Positions 1-13,037 of a DNA stretch of 64,000 nucleotides are shown one piece after another (the first letter of the stretch is position 1; every line of letters starts with the position of its first letter). The notes beneath the pieces were generated by a model. The model saw only the letters and a program-made list of their open reading frames with translations, was not told where the DNA came from and did not search any database. The stretch comes from Bugula neritina (lineage: Eukaryota > Animalia > Bryozoa): positions 10,240,698 through 10,304,697 of the forward strand of contig OZ037765.1 of NCBI GenBank assembly GCA_964035545.1. The letters are read 5' to 3'. Both the position numbers and the translations under genes were made by a program.

Positions 1-672
1 GAAGATTTGTAATCATTTGCATGAAGCTAGTCTTTGCAAATATCTGATCAGATGAGGTGGAGAAATAGACTGAAACGGTATCTTACATCTAGAGGAGAAA
101 ACTACTGAATACACCTGCTGATAGAAAGGCGCACCTGAAGGCTCAGATCATCACCAACAGTCCAGAAACTATACAAAAATGTGACTGTCAAGAACTGTCA
201 CTCACGGATTAGTCTATAGTCTATACAGTTCTAAACACAATCTTGGGGCATTAGCCATAGCCAGACTAGTTGGAGGAGGCCTAGCTGCTATTACTTGTCT
301 ATTAGTCTGCTCAATCTCATATCTCAAACCAAGGATTAAAAGCTAAAGTCATCCTAAAAGCTAGACCTTAGCACCTAGTTAACAGTTTCTGTTGTTACTT
401 TAGCAGTTTCAATTTCCTTAGACAGATACACTGACACCTGGTACAAACACTAGCATAACAGTAATGCTGCAGCAATAATTCAGAATTATACAATAACTTG
501 TGATGCATATAATTGAATTTATAAGATAAGGAAGATAAGAAACCCCAAACCATTGCAACACCAACTCAGAGAGCAGTGTAAAGTAAACCCTCATCTACCA
601 CACTACAAGTTTCAACTATGAACTACTATAGTGTTAGACTAATAGATCTGGAGCCAGTCTATTAATACTTAC

Positions 673-782
673 CCTTGCAGGCTGGCTGCCTTGCCATAGA
701 GTATTCTCAGCACTTCCTCTCTCTCTTCAGGTGGCAAGTGCTTATGCAGACTTTGCTCAACTGATTGAAACGATCCAGCCAT
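673..782 (-). CDS. UPB1: Beta-ureidopropionase, first coding exon (gene continues off the left edge)
   Basis: MAGSFQSVEQSLHKHLPPEEREEVLRILYGK resembles the animal UPB1 N-terminus (SLEE.L.KHLP....EV.R.LYGK); ATG at 782-780, phase-2 GTAAGT donor after 673. Confidence 0.85.
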
Positions 783-1067
783 GCTAAACAGTGTGACACT
801 AATGTGAAGCTGCTGCACCTCAGTGTACACGTAGCGAGTAATTGTCTGCAAGTTGAGCTACTATTTCAATGCAACTGCAAACTGTCAGTGCAACTAGGGT
901 AGCAATATATTGTCTCAATATGTAAATACTGCGGGGCCTTTATTGAATATACAACAGTATAATTGTGGGTGGAATAGATGTCATCCCGTAACTAATAGTG
1001 TAGTAGACAAAGAGAGCATAGACTAGATGTCACTCATGACATATGGCCATAGAAATTTATGCGGTTC

Positions 1068-1233
1068 ATGAATGGTTTTATAAGCAGCTCAGAGTTAGGG
1101 TGATTGAAAGCAGTAATTTGTGGTTCTCGAGTTTGGAGTAGGGGTCTATTGAGACCCCCAACTTTAAACTCAAGAACTGCAAACTACTGGACTCAGTCAC
1201 CCCCAATTTGAAGCTGCTTATAAAAATATTCAT
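1068..1233. repeat. Imperfect ~165-bp palindrome (foldback MITE-like)
   Basis: Arms ATGAAT..TTTTATAAGCAGCT / AGCTGCTTATAAAA..ATTCAT, with pairing continuing inward to a central GGGGTCT-ATTG-AGACCCC. Confidence 0.8.
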
Positions 1234-1829
1234 AGTTTATAGCTTACACAGTCAATAGAGTATGAAAATATATATAGTATGAAAATAATGTAACTTGTTC
1301 ACTATTATTGTGATTGTCAACTACTTATAAAACCATTTCACAAATGTATAGCACAAGGTTATAAATTATATATATAGCACCACATTCTGGCAAGAAAAGG
1401 CTGTAATTGGCTAATGATTAAACAGGTGTACTCAGCACTACATTTTCACAATAAATAAATGAAACTGAGTTTTATTTATTCCCTCTCAAGGTTACATGAA
1501 TCTTAAGATGGTAACAGATTAATACCGGTTGGCAATGTCTTTGGTGCAACTGTTTGTCATGGAGGGAGAGTGATGGTACATCTATCTAGCGATTTTTGTT
1601 AGCATTTTGACCAGATGATGCTTCACACCAACGCATTACATAAAGATAACCTTTTCAGGAAGAGGACATAACTGAAACTACTATAGTAATTATTCGAGCA
1701 TTTGGTTGAAGCCCCGAAATACCAAAGCTTAACATTTTAAGTTAGGGCTATGTAATTATGTGATGATAAAATATAAGCACTGTAACAAAGTTTTCCCACC
1801 ATTTAAATATAACCGGACGTAAAGGCAAG

Positions 1830-2605
1830 ATGAAGGTCTTGGTTGCTCTTGCATTGCTATTCTGTGCTGTTTCAGTGAGTAGTGCATTTTAAACAATGAA
1901 CTATTATACCAAGTATAGCACATTACTTGCACAGGTATTTGTCTTGCTATATGCAATGTAATATTTTAGGCTGACTTTTTCCCATTTGGATCTCTGCCAT
2001 CTTCAAAGAGATGTGTCAGTGCTGCCCAGTGCAGCCCAGACGAGTGCTGTGTGCATTCTCCATTAGCTAGAAGATTTCTGTTTGATGATGATGGATTTCT
2101 CAACAGCTTTTCTAGTCTCCACCAGCATTTGACGTAAGTAAAAGTAAAGGCATATCAGTTATGAACAATTATATAGAATATAGACTCACATCACTCCCAT
2201 TATCAAGTTATAAAATAGCTAACTCAAGGGAACTTCAAAAGAACATATATGATTTTTTTCAACATGCAGGTATAACTATTACGTCATCTAGAAAGCAAGT
2301 TTAAGCTACCTGCAGCCTATCTTTATGTCAAGATACTGTGAGTAGAGTTACTTGAGTTTTCATTGGATGGTAATTTTAGCACCGGACACTGCCGACCACT
2401 CAGGAAGGAGAATGAGTCATGCGTACCATTTGGAAGAGAAATGAACTTGTTCAACACTCTGGCACACTTTGCCCTCTGTCCGTGTGAGGGAGATCTAGAA
2501 TGCACAAGTGACAAAGCAGTAGAGGCTCACGACACCCACACAGTGGAAACCCACACCAACACCATGTGCAGCAAGCCTGAAGGCAGTGGTGAAGAAATCT
2601 ATTAA
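1830..2605 (+). CDS. Secreted prokineticin/astakine-like (colipase-fold) cysteine-rich protein, 144 aa, 3 exons
   Basis: Exons 1830-1874 (signal peptide MKVLVALALLFCAVS), 1970-2133 and 2380-2605, all GT-AG and in frame. Ten Cys in the pattern C-x5-C-x4-CC...GHCRPL..ENESC...CPC..DLEC...C. AATAAA at ~2741. Confidence 0.85.
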
Positions 2606-3115
2606 TATGTCTACAAAACAACTTTTGGTTTTAATTTTCTGTGCAGATTGCTATTTAGTTTCACCACTGAATGAATATAGAAAATATTTGTTCACATTTT
2701 AATATTGTCAACAACTTTTGTTGTGCTTGGCAAATACATAAATAAAGAGTTATACATTTGTGCAAATCAGCATTCCTTCCTTCCCAAGATTGAAATTAAT
2801 TTAGGTTTTTATTTATACTAATTTAGTGTGAGTTCTAATACCTATATAGTCGAAGTCACATGACGTCTAGTAAAAATCATAAATGACTTCAACTATGTTA
2901 TAGGCTAAGTCTCGAGACAAATTTTTCTGTCGTGACTCATGACAGAAAAAGGCACTGTCGTCTGCGGTGCAGTTAGTAAGATTCCAGTTGCTGTATGAAG
3001 TCAACAAGTTCGCTTGTGATACTAGAAAGCATTAACAAGCATACGACTTTTAGGATATTATTGATGCTGACACATTTAACATATGCAGTATAAAATGTTC
3101 ATATATATCTTAGCC

Positions 3116-3424
3116 ATCATCTACAGACTATTTTAAATTGTATGCTCAAACAATTTCGTTTTATAAGAAACTCTGTGCTCATGCTGATGAGCTAGTAGGC
3201 TCTGGAGTTGGTGGTATTATACCACTAATAACAATTATTGCTATTTTTAGCTGCTGCAGCACACTGTTTGATCACTGGGCAGTCTTGAAAGTTTAAACTT
3301 TGTCACCAATAATTACTATTGGTTTTATAATACCACAGAATTCAGAGCTGAGAGAAACTTCATCAACATGAGCACAGAATTTTTCATAAAACAAATTTGT
3401 TTGAGCATGCGGTCTGTAGACGAT
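3116..3424. repeat. Long imperfect inverted repeat (~125-bp arms), foldback MITE-like
   Basis: Left arm TCTACAGAC..ATGCTCAAACAA..CTGTGCTCATGCTGATGA..GTGGTATTATA..AATTATTG matches the reverse complement of ~3307-3424. Confidence 0.8.
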
Positions 3425-4619
3425 AACAAAGTTATTACCTATATATGAATATTTTGACACTACATAAAGGAAGTAGGTATGTCAGGGATTCTTTGTTCAG
3501 TGAAGGTCTATATTAGTGTAATAACTAATACTATTCATAACAAATACACACACCTATGTTTTGGCACTGATTAAAATTAAGTACTAATAACATCAACAGC
3601 CAAAATTGATTAGTAGATGAGTCTAGATGCACAACATTTTAAAACAAATAATACTTATACTATCGTTTTTAGAGCATAATGCATTGCATAAGGAAAAAGT
3701 ACACCAATAATTACTGAATATAAATTACACAAATATTGTATAAAATTTCAATTATGCCTATATTATTTAAATTTCTTTTTAATATTATAATGGAAAAGAG
3801 AATAAGTTTTCTACTGAAAGGTGGTATTTATATCAGATCCTTAAAATAAATGTTGTATTTTGAGAAATATAAATGTAGATTTCTATCAAAATTTTTTTTC
3901 TTTTTTATAGACATCGTTAATTACTCATGACCAGTTTCTTAACCAGAGACATACCCATAATATACATTAAAGTTCTACAACTTTAAAATATCATAAAATA
4001 TAAAGAATGAACAGTCATGCAAAAAGGTAGGTGGATAGCCAGAGAAAGAAGAACAATTGCTCACCACCTGGTAACAAGTTTTTAGTGTACAGCTCATGGA
4101 GATGTGCTGACAAATCTCTTTATTCGAAAAATGTGCACCTAAAATCAATAATTACGTATAGTTTTGTGTTGAGAAATTTATAATCAGCCAAACATTTTTA
4201 TTTAGCTTGAAAAATATCAAAAATAAAGCAAGGCTGTCTAAATTTTAACAGATTTTAAGCCATTATTTATTAAAGTTATAATAACTAAACTATAATAATA
4301 TATCAGGTTAAGCTATGGTCTTTTAGCCGGTTTGAATATTTGAAAGGGAAGACAACTTTAAAGCAATATAATTCCATCGCCCACATACAGTACATACATT
4401 ACGTTATATTATTATTGTAGCCAAGCTGTATTAATTTGCAGTTGTGCTCTCTCTGCTGTACAGGTAGAATAACTTCTCACAAAACATTTAAAAACGAATA
4501 AAGCCGCTCTCTTAATTCCGGGGTGACTGAGTGCAGAGTTTGTATAAACAAATTGTCCTAACTGAAAACCTCCAACTGAAGGCTCGGGACCCCAAACCAC
4601 CAACTCGGTGCTACTTATT

Positions 4620-5300
4620 ATTATCAAATTCAATATTAATAATAATCATGATGATAATCATAGTACTATAAAATCAAATATTATTACTAATAATAATAAA
4701 ATATAAATATTATTAATATTTTAATTTATATTATTTTATTAATATTAAATTTAATATTAATATTAATCATTATACTTAATCTTATACATATTGATATAGT
4801 TGTTAAATTTATCTAAATGTCAAAGCTCAAGAGTTTTGAAATTGAATTGAATATGAATTGCTTATAGTTATACTAAGACTCACTGTAAGTTACAGTAAGT
4901 AACACTAACTGTAAGAGTAATACTTATTAAATTTAATATTTTATTATAATTATTACTATTACTATTAGTATTAGTATTACTATTACTGTATTAGTATTAG
5001 TATTACTATTACTATTAGAATTAGATTTACTTTTAGTTTTAGTTAGCTGCTAGCTCAGCTGCTAGGTAATGAATTTCAATGGCTATGGCTATTGGTATTA
5101 TTTTTAGAGTGTAACATAAGTAAATCAATATGATTAAATTATTATTATTTAATTTTATTAAAATATATAGTTTTAACTTATATTAATTTTGTTATAAATT
5201 GTAATTCTAAATTTATAATAAAACTACAAGTGACTCTGACTGTCAAGGTTATAATCACTCACTTATGCTTCTAATTGTACTCTAATACTAATAGTCATAG
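4620..5300. repeat. AT-rich low-complexity tract with TATTAG/TATTAC units
   Basis: Direct inspection; clearest at 4945-5020. Confidence 0.7.
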
Positions 5301-5429
5301 TGACTCGCCTTGCAGCGGCTAGTAACTTGCTTTGCTAGCTCTGCAAAGCTGTCTGGCCTCGAAGTAAGCCTGAAACACACTCAGGTTCTCTTTCAGTCAC
5401 TGCCTCGCTAAATGTCTCGCCAACCACAC

Positions 5430-6140
5430 GTGTTTATTGACAAAACAGAGCTAAATGCAATTCAGTGCTTTAAATATATTACAGTATAATCTCTTCTGAT
5501 GGGCACAGAGGTAGATCATATATGTTCAGCTGCAAACACAGCATTCGACAGACTTCACAAAAGGTCGTGGAAAAATAACCAACAATGGATCAATAATAAG
5601 AAAAGCCTGTACAGAGCTGTAGTTCTGACTACCTTGCTATAGAGGTGTGAATCATGGATTACTTATAACTATCACATTAAAATTTTCAAACAACTCTATA
5701 GACACTGGCTTTGAACTATCTTTCAAATAAGGTGGTGGAACCACATCCGTAATGTCATGGTGTTAGAAAACTAAAAACAATGGCGTTTTTGCTAAAATAT
5801 CGACTATGTTGGGTTGGTCATGTTTCTAGAATGAAAGCAGTTGTTTGCTTAGAATGGTGCTGTTTGGTGACTGCAAATGAAACTCGGCTTCGTCTAAAAG
5901 AAGATTTAAAAGCCAACCCAAATGTTCCTCTAACCAACTGAGTGTGCACCACAACATTTGGAAAAACAACCATCATTCGGGCAATTTCAGCATTTGAAAT
6001 AAATCATAGAATTATTCATTCTAAAAACGATGTAAAGGGAAGAATACAGCCACAGCCAACTCAGACTTATCACATGGCTGTGTTGAATGCGGTCGCACAT
6101 GCTAGCCCATCATTGAGCTAATTAGCCACTAACGTGCTTG
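5430..6140 (+). mobile_element. Degenerate 3' part of an RTE-clade-like LINE
   Basis: Interrupted translation gives KSLYRAVVLTTLL*RCESW...IRWWNHIRNVMVLE...RLCWVGHVSRM and a C-terminal C..CGRTC....LISH.RAC zinc-finger remnant; contains stops and frameshifts. Confidence 0.75.
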
Positions 6141-6802
6141 TCAAGAGAACTAAAATGTGTAAATAGCCTATTGGCATTTGTTTTTTACTTTTTGTTCTCA
6201 ACATCCTTTTATCTATGTGTTTTTTGTTTTTGGTGTACTTTCTTTTGTATACTTTCTCCACCCTACGAAGTGTTGTCTTGCAATGCCTTACTATTAGTAT
6301 TAGTCACTATTATGATGGCAAGTACTTGCAGTGTACCGCAACTTGCTAACTGAGATTCCTAAAAGATTTATAGGCAAGTAGTGTAGCCAAAAGACGTACA
6401 GCATTGACTCTAAACCTCCATAATAATAATTATATTAATATTTTTCATTCGCTCTTTATATGTTTATAATAATCATGATGACAGTTCTTGATAAAAATTT
6501 CAATATTCTTGTAAATTAAAATGTAAATGCACGTCTGTTAGGCAGAGCTTTGATTGAAATTATGAGTAAATTAAATGGCTGACTAAATCAATTTGAGCCT
6601 ATGGTTCAAACTAAACCTGTCAAATTTAAGTCATATCAATCAAATTTGAACTGACTTGTAAAGTTAGTGTAAGTGTAATCATATGCAGTTAATTTTATGT
6701 GATCTATTGTTAGGTGTACCCTATATCTTTTGGTGTTAGTATTGTCTTAGGACTTAAAGCCTGTAATTACGATGTTTTCTTTCAGCCAAAAATTGTAATG
6801 TG

Positions 6803-9800
6803 ATGGCATCTCCACTCTCAGAGACCGATGAAATTCAGGTGTTTACTAACGCCAGAGGACAAAAGTTAAGAAGATGGTGCTTATCTCAGGACTCTGCAAA
6901 GTAAATTTATTTAATGCCTGACTGAATGTGAATAATATTATATTAGAGCTTATAAGTTGTAATGGAATTCAGCAATATCAGCCTGTATCACTTGCATATA
7001 ACTTTTCAGGCTGAATTCTCACCGTATCCGTTTTAGTCTTTTCGGTAACGTAGTTTTTTAAACCGAATGCTAACGTTTTATCTATACATGTTGAAGATCA
7101 ACCATAATATTTGACTACTTATTGTTGCATATTGGTGTTGTTACTGATTGGTAGAAGGATTGCAAGCTTGTGAACCTTTAATGCCATTAGTCATTAAACT
7201 TATGTAATTTAAAGCAACCAGTGTTTAGTCATGGTTACCAGCTCTGTTTAAACTCAAATTTATTAGAAGTATTTATAGTTAAATATCACCCTAGCATTAA
7301 ATTGCACCAACTCCCGCTACCCAAAAAGGACAAAGTGGAGATAGGTGAGAATTAAATTGCACAAACTGCGTTGAGTTTGAATAATTCATTCTAAGTTACT
7401 ACATTTGCTTTAAAGTCTACTTTTATTGCAGGGCCATTTGCATTTTACTTCATGGAATTGGTGATCACATTCTAGCTTATAAAGATGTTGCAAAAGCTTT
7501 GTTAGAGAAGCATAATATATCTCTTCACGGCTATGACCAAGGTTTGGTGGCAATATTATTGGTGCTTTGCTGTTATGGAATAAAAATCATTATGTTGCTC
7601 CAGTTTTCACCATTTTTGATTGTAATGATAAATACTTTGAGTAATTTTTAAAAACTTAGGATGTCCAGAAACTGTATTGATTTTCAAATGCGATTTTTAA
7701 ACACAATTGCGTTTATCCGTATAATTAGATGATCAGTGGTGGTTAAAGAAGCGTAGTAGTTAAACAGACTATGTACTCTGACCAACTTGTTGATCTCTTC
7801 ATTGCAGTTGGCCATGGAAAAAGTGAGGGTGTCAGAGTAGACATTCATGACTTCCAGCACTACGTAGATGATGCAATACAGTTTGTTGACATCATCAAAT
7901 CAGAATATTCAGACGTACCTGTTTTTGTCATGGGCCACTCAATGGTAAGACAGACTACTAGTAGTACCACATTCAACGCAGAGTGTATAGTCTTTATCTA
8001 TTACATAATTTATTAAGCATCATCTTGGTTGGTGAATGTTTCAGGGTGGTTTAGTCCTTGGCCAGGCTTTGCTAAGTAAACCAGATCTTTGCAGTGGAGT
8101 GATAATGTATGCTGCGGCTGTCCATGCTAACCCCCAAGTTGTGACTCCATTCAAGGTTAAGTCTCTGCAGCTATGTCTGCAGCTCTTTGTGTCATATTTT
8201 TATTGTTTTAAATACATATGCCTTTCAACATCTTCAACAAGTGCAATGAAATATGTAGTGTTTTCAAATTAATAAAATTTGTTAGTCTAAATCTACAAGT
8301 TATACTGATTTAGTATTTGAAGTGGGTTTTATAAACTTGCCATAATTTGCAGGCCATTTAATTGGGCATTCTTTGGAGTTGCATTCTTTTTGTAAGTTTG
8401 ATAAAAATTAATTACTTGCGAATTCTATAAATACCACTTATTGCTCCGGTTGGTAGAAATTAAAATATTAATGAATATGTAATGAATGTTGTTGATTGAT
8501 ATTGAAGAATTCAACATTGTCCTGGTTATTGTATCATATTCACTGTTATTGCATTATAAAATTATTGTTATTGCAATGATTTTTAAAGCTTGAAGTAGGA
8601 AAAGTTTAGTTATCTACCATTTGTTATAATTAGGTGTAAAAATTAAGATTGAAACTCACAGTAGACAAGATCACTAACTCCATCAGCAAGTGCAAAAACA
8701 CTGCTTTAAATGCATAATTTTAGAATTGTAAATTTACTGTAAAATAGAATACACCAAGTTTTATACAGGGTCTGAGTATCTGCCCTGCAGAAGATACACA
8801 ACCCTTAGAGGGAAAATCTGTTTGTCAGAGCAGATTCATGACTTGCCGTGAGTTATTGTGCATAGTAAACTATTGGATATGGTGAAAAGCAGAGAACTCA
8901 GTCTATTTTAAGTCATTTAAGCCGAAGAGGTGACCTCAGTTCTTTGGTAACCATCAATCACTTATTTATAGTTATTAAATTTCTAAATATGTTGTTCAAT
9001 TATTTTAGGTTACAATGGCGAAATTACTCAGTCGTGTTTTTCCTTCTTTTCCTGTTGGAGGAATTGGAGAGGACCTGCTAACTCGAAACAAAGATGAAGT
9101 AATTATTTAAGATTCATCTGTTACTGTTTGGTTTTATTATTTCCGGCTTCTGTATTGCTATTGTTCTTCTTTTTTCATATTTGGACTCTTCTCTTTCATG
9201 CAATTCTTGTCTTTTAGTTCAATTTGTATGTTTCTTAATAATAGTTTCTTATCTCATATTTCTTTTCATATAATAACAATTTTATTTATTTTGCAGGCGT
9301 TACGGTAGGTTTTATTGGTAAACATGTTGTAAGATTTGCAATAAATATTATCTATTCTATCAATACCTACTGTCATTATTGATTTTAGCATTTAGAGTAA
9401 ACTTTTAGTTTTTGGCCATCAACGTTGAAGATTTTTACCAATTTATAATCATACATGCCAATCATGTTTTGCAATCAAATGTTGCAGTATGCACAGTTGA
9501 AACCATGATTTATAATTGTAACTATGCTCTCCCCGACTAATCAACAATTTATTCTTTTACCGACGCATGCCATTTACCTTGGTTAATTGATTTAGACTAT
9601 GCTCCTCTTTACTAAAGACTGATTTTGCTTGTCATTCAACAACTTTCTAGACGCTCACTTGAAGTTTTAATTTTTGTCAGTGATTAGTTCTAAATTCTTT
9701 TAACGTATTTAAAATTTTCCTCTTATTTATGGCTAAAAATGGGTTTTGTTCTGAATTCTCTGGTATGAGTAATGGTAGGATAACTCCATGATGTTGTTTA

Positions 9801-10747
9801 TTTTATAGTTGCAAAGGTTGAAAACTGACACACTGAGGTATCAAGGGAGAATGAAAGCTAGGTAATGTTATTTTAATAAAGCTCATGCAGGTTTATAGTT
9901 ACTACTCCTGCGAGAACCCCTGATGGAAAGGGTTTTTAAAGCGGGCTAAGCACTTATTCATATGTGGCACAGAAGCAATTATACTTGTATGCTCTTCCTA
10001 ACATCACCGCTGGTGTTTGGACTTAAACCACTGGCTTTGAGTTTATAAATCTGCCAGCATTTTAACCGCTACACCAGGCTGCTCCCTCTTTCAATATGTT
10101 ATAAGCTACTGATGACTAGCTTGCCTAAAGAGTTTTGTAAAGTTTTTAAGCTTATCTCATTATCCAGATGGGGACACAACACTCTAAAGGCTCTAGTAGA
10201 CTTCAATGAGAGAATGTCGGAGATCACTGTTCCTATGTTTATTACTCATGGTGATGACGATCAAGTCTGCCATATTGACGGCTCAACTAAACTCGAGAAA
10301 ACTATCTCTTCTAAAGACAAAACTTTTAAGGTAATAATTTCTAGCAGTTTTGCAGCTTTTTAATTATTGCTACTTGTTATTTTAAACTTGAGAGTTTTGA
10401 GGTTTGAGATTTAGCTGCAAGTTACTACTTTTTGTTGCCTCTTCTTGTGATGAACAGCGGAAACTCAAATTCAGCTGCTTATTTCAAATTCTTTGTATCC
10501 TGTCGGAGGGTTCAGGCGATACATATTTGAAATTGAGAATAACTTGTTTTTTGCTCGTAAATCCAAATAGTTTGTTTCAAATTTATTTATGAAAAGCGTT
10601 TGCCCACTGCTCCTTCCCATATGCTTGTACAGTGTTGCTTGTTACTAGATATATGAGAAATGCTATCACAGACTCCACACTGAACCAGACGGATGTAGTG
10701 AAAAGTTTATTAACGATGTTGGTGAATGGATATCTAGTCGAGTGTAA
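6803..10747 (+). CDS. MGLL: Monoglyceride lipase-like alpha/beta hydrolase, copy 1 (intact triad)
   Basis: Exons 6803-6900, 7432-7541, 7808-7944, 8045-8155, 9009-9098, 9809-9861, 10168-10330, 10649-10747 join in frame. Motifs LHGIGDH, DQVGHGKSEG, GHSMGG, HGDDDQVC, YHRLH. Confidence 0.9.
7313..7350. mobile_element. ~38-bp dispersed element, copy A, flanked by direct repeats
   Basis: CCCGCTACCCAAAAAGGACAAAGTGGAGATAGGTGAGA between ATTAAATTGCAC(C/A)AACT repeats (7296-7312, 7351-7367); homologous to 23768-23804. Confidence 0.6.
9905..10085 (-). mobile_element. tRNA-derived SINE-like element
   Basis: Minus strand reads TGGTGTAGCGGTTAA (A-box-like) ... GGTTTAAGTCC (degenerate B box), followed by non-tRNA body sequence; boundaries approximate. 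Confidence 0.5.
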
Positions 10748-13037
10748 ATCTTGCTCTTGCTTATAGCTACATGTTTATAAGCATGTAATAGAATGGCAGC
10801 TTTCATACAAGTTTGAACTTTTATACTAATAATAGTCAATGGAGATCTGAACAACACTGTCACCACCAGAATTAGTTAAAAGCTCCTTTGGGGTGTAAAT
10901 AGATTCTTGGGTTTTAAATTTACTGAAAGGAAAAGATAACATATTGCAATATATATTGTACTTTTAACAATCTCTTTGACATTTTTCCTTTTTTAATTTC
11001 ATGATACTTCTTAGTAATATAGATAATGGCATTACATTATGGCATTTATTTTGCTTTGTTTTTATTGTGTGGGTGAAGGGTGCTTTGTCATACTTATCTT
11101 TTACATAACATTTAAATTATGGAGCCGTTTCATTCTAATCTATTTTGAATATTGATTTCCTAGTCTAACCTCACGTTTGTTGCAGATTTAGTTCTACGTA
11201 ACTAATTAATATATTTTGATTTAACTATTATGCATACTATGCTGGTCAAGTTGAGTAATTGCTAATTTGGTTTATTTATGTCATTGAATTAAATACAATA
11301 TAAAACTATGGCAGAGCCAATTAATGTTCCTAATTGTGTTATGCTTTCTATATTTATGCTCATGTTCTTGAAATAAATGTCAATTAATCCATATATAACT
11401 CGGCCTTGACTATAAATAATCATTTTCACATCACAAATCTAACTATAACATCTAAATAGGCTAAAATAAAACTACGCACCATTATGTTCTGTACAGTCTC
11501 AATAAATGTAAGATAAATGCAAAATGCATACGTGTTTTGTTACACGCCTAGCTATGCTTGTTATTGATGTAGTTCTTGAGCCATTTTTATGACCAGCCTG
11601 TAAAATTATAGTATTAACGAATAGTCTAATATGTGTTGCAAGTTTATGGATTTATTACTAGCTGCATGTAGTGCTATTGTAGCCATTCGGTTACTCTGCT
11701 GGTTATAGTTACTAGGTGTCACTGCAACAATGCCACATGTCACTTTCATATAAGAATTATTCTTATTGCGCTCAGCTGTTAATAAAGTTCTTTATTAGGC
11801 TAGCACCTTTGTGATACCACGCCTATTTTCATACTGTTAGATATGTGCTAAATGCAAGATCTCAATAAATACTGGTAAATATTTGTAGGAATTGTCACAC
11901 CTCTAATATTTCAGTTTCTCTCAATCTATGCTCGTCATCTGGTTGTATAGGCGAAACAGCTCTTCGCATAAATTTTCAAGTGCATCAACACACAGCTATT
12001 TTGGCTTAGTTTTCGTATTTCTAAAACAAAGTGAATGTTTTAAGATTACCAGACTTAGCTATAGTTATTTTTGTTAGACGAAAACTTCGTGGCCGAAGAT
12101 AAGTTATAGAGAAAAATTACATATAACTACACCAGAAAAAAAACATAACAAAAGTGCTTAAACAAAATATATATAGGATAAGAAGTGAAGAACAAAAGTA
12201 CTAATTAATACATATAACAGTTTTTCTCACAAATACAGCTAATTAGCTCAATGCAGGAGAAGCAAATGTGGCAGCATCAACACAGTTACGTGATGAGTCT
12301 GAGCTAGTCAATACAATATAATATTATTGTATTGCAAAGACACAAACAGTGGTTATTGTGTTAGAGGTCTATCTAGTAAACCATGACTATGTTTAATACA
12401 AAATACCATCATAATTATGATATACACAGGATACACCTATGCCATGTTGAAGTACATGACACGAATGAACCTAACTTCATAAATATTTGGCACATGCATA
12501 ATGCTCTTCAAGTTTCCCCCAGTAAAAAGCATGCAGTAATACGTGTGCTGCTGCATGTGCATAAGCCTATGCCTGTATAATTACTAAGTAATTGTAGTTT
12601 ATATTGGCTCAGGTTTGTATTATGTATTAGGTGCATTTAGAAACACCGTTAGTTATAGCTCATAGCTCATGACTTATGAATTGGCAGAGCATTTAAACTT
12701 AGAGTTGCATGGGTGATGGATTAAACGCTGACTGGCAAAGAGTTGAGTTGTAGAGCTAAAAACATTACATAACTCATTTCAAAACAGGTAAGCTTTAATA
12801 GTTTGTATTCATCTTAACAATTCTGAAAAGTATTTTTTATTCTCAGCTTCAAAGCGCTTTATTTAACAGAAAATATTTTTTATAAAAGCACTTACTTAGT
12901 TTACTTTTATTAAAATGATTGTCGTTGCACTAACATTTTATATAAGAGAACAAACATTGAAAAATTATATGCATTATGAGTTTTATATAAAAATTGATTC
13001 CCCAACGATGTTAGTTGCCAACAAACACTGGAGAAAG

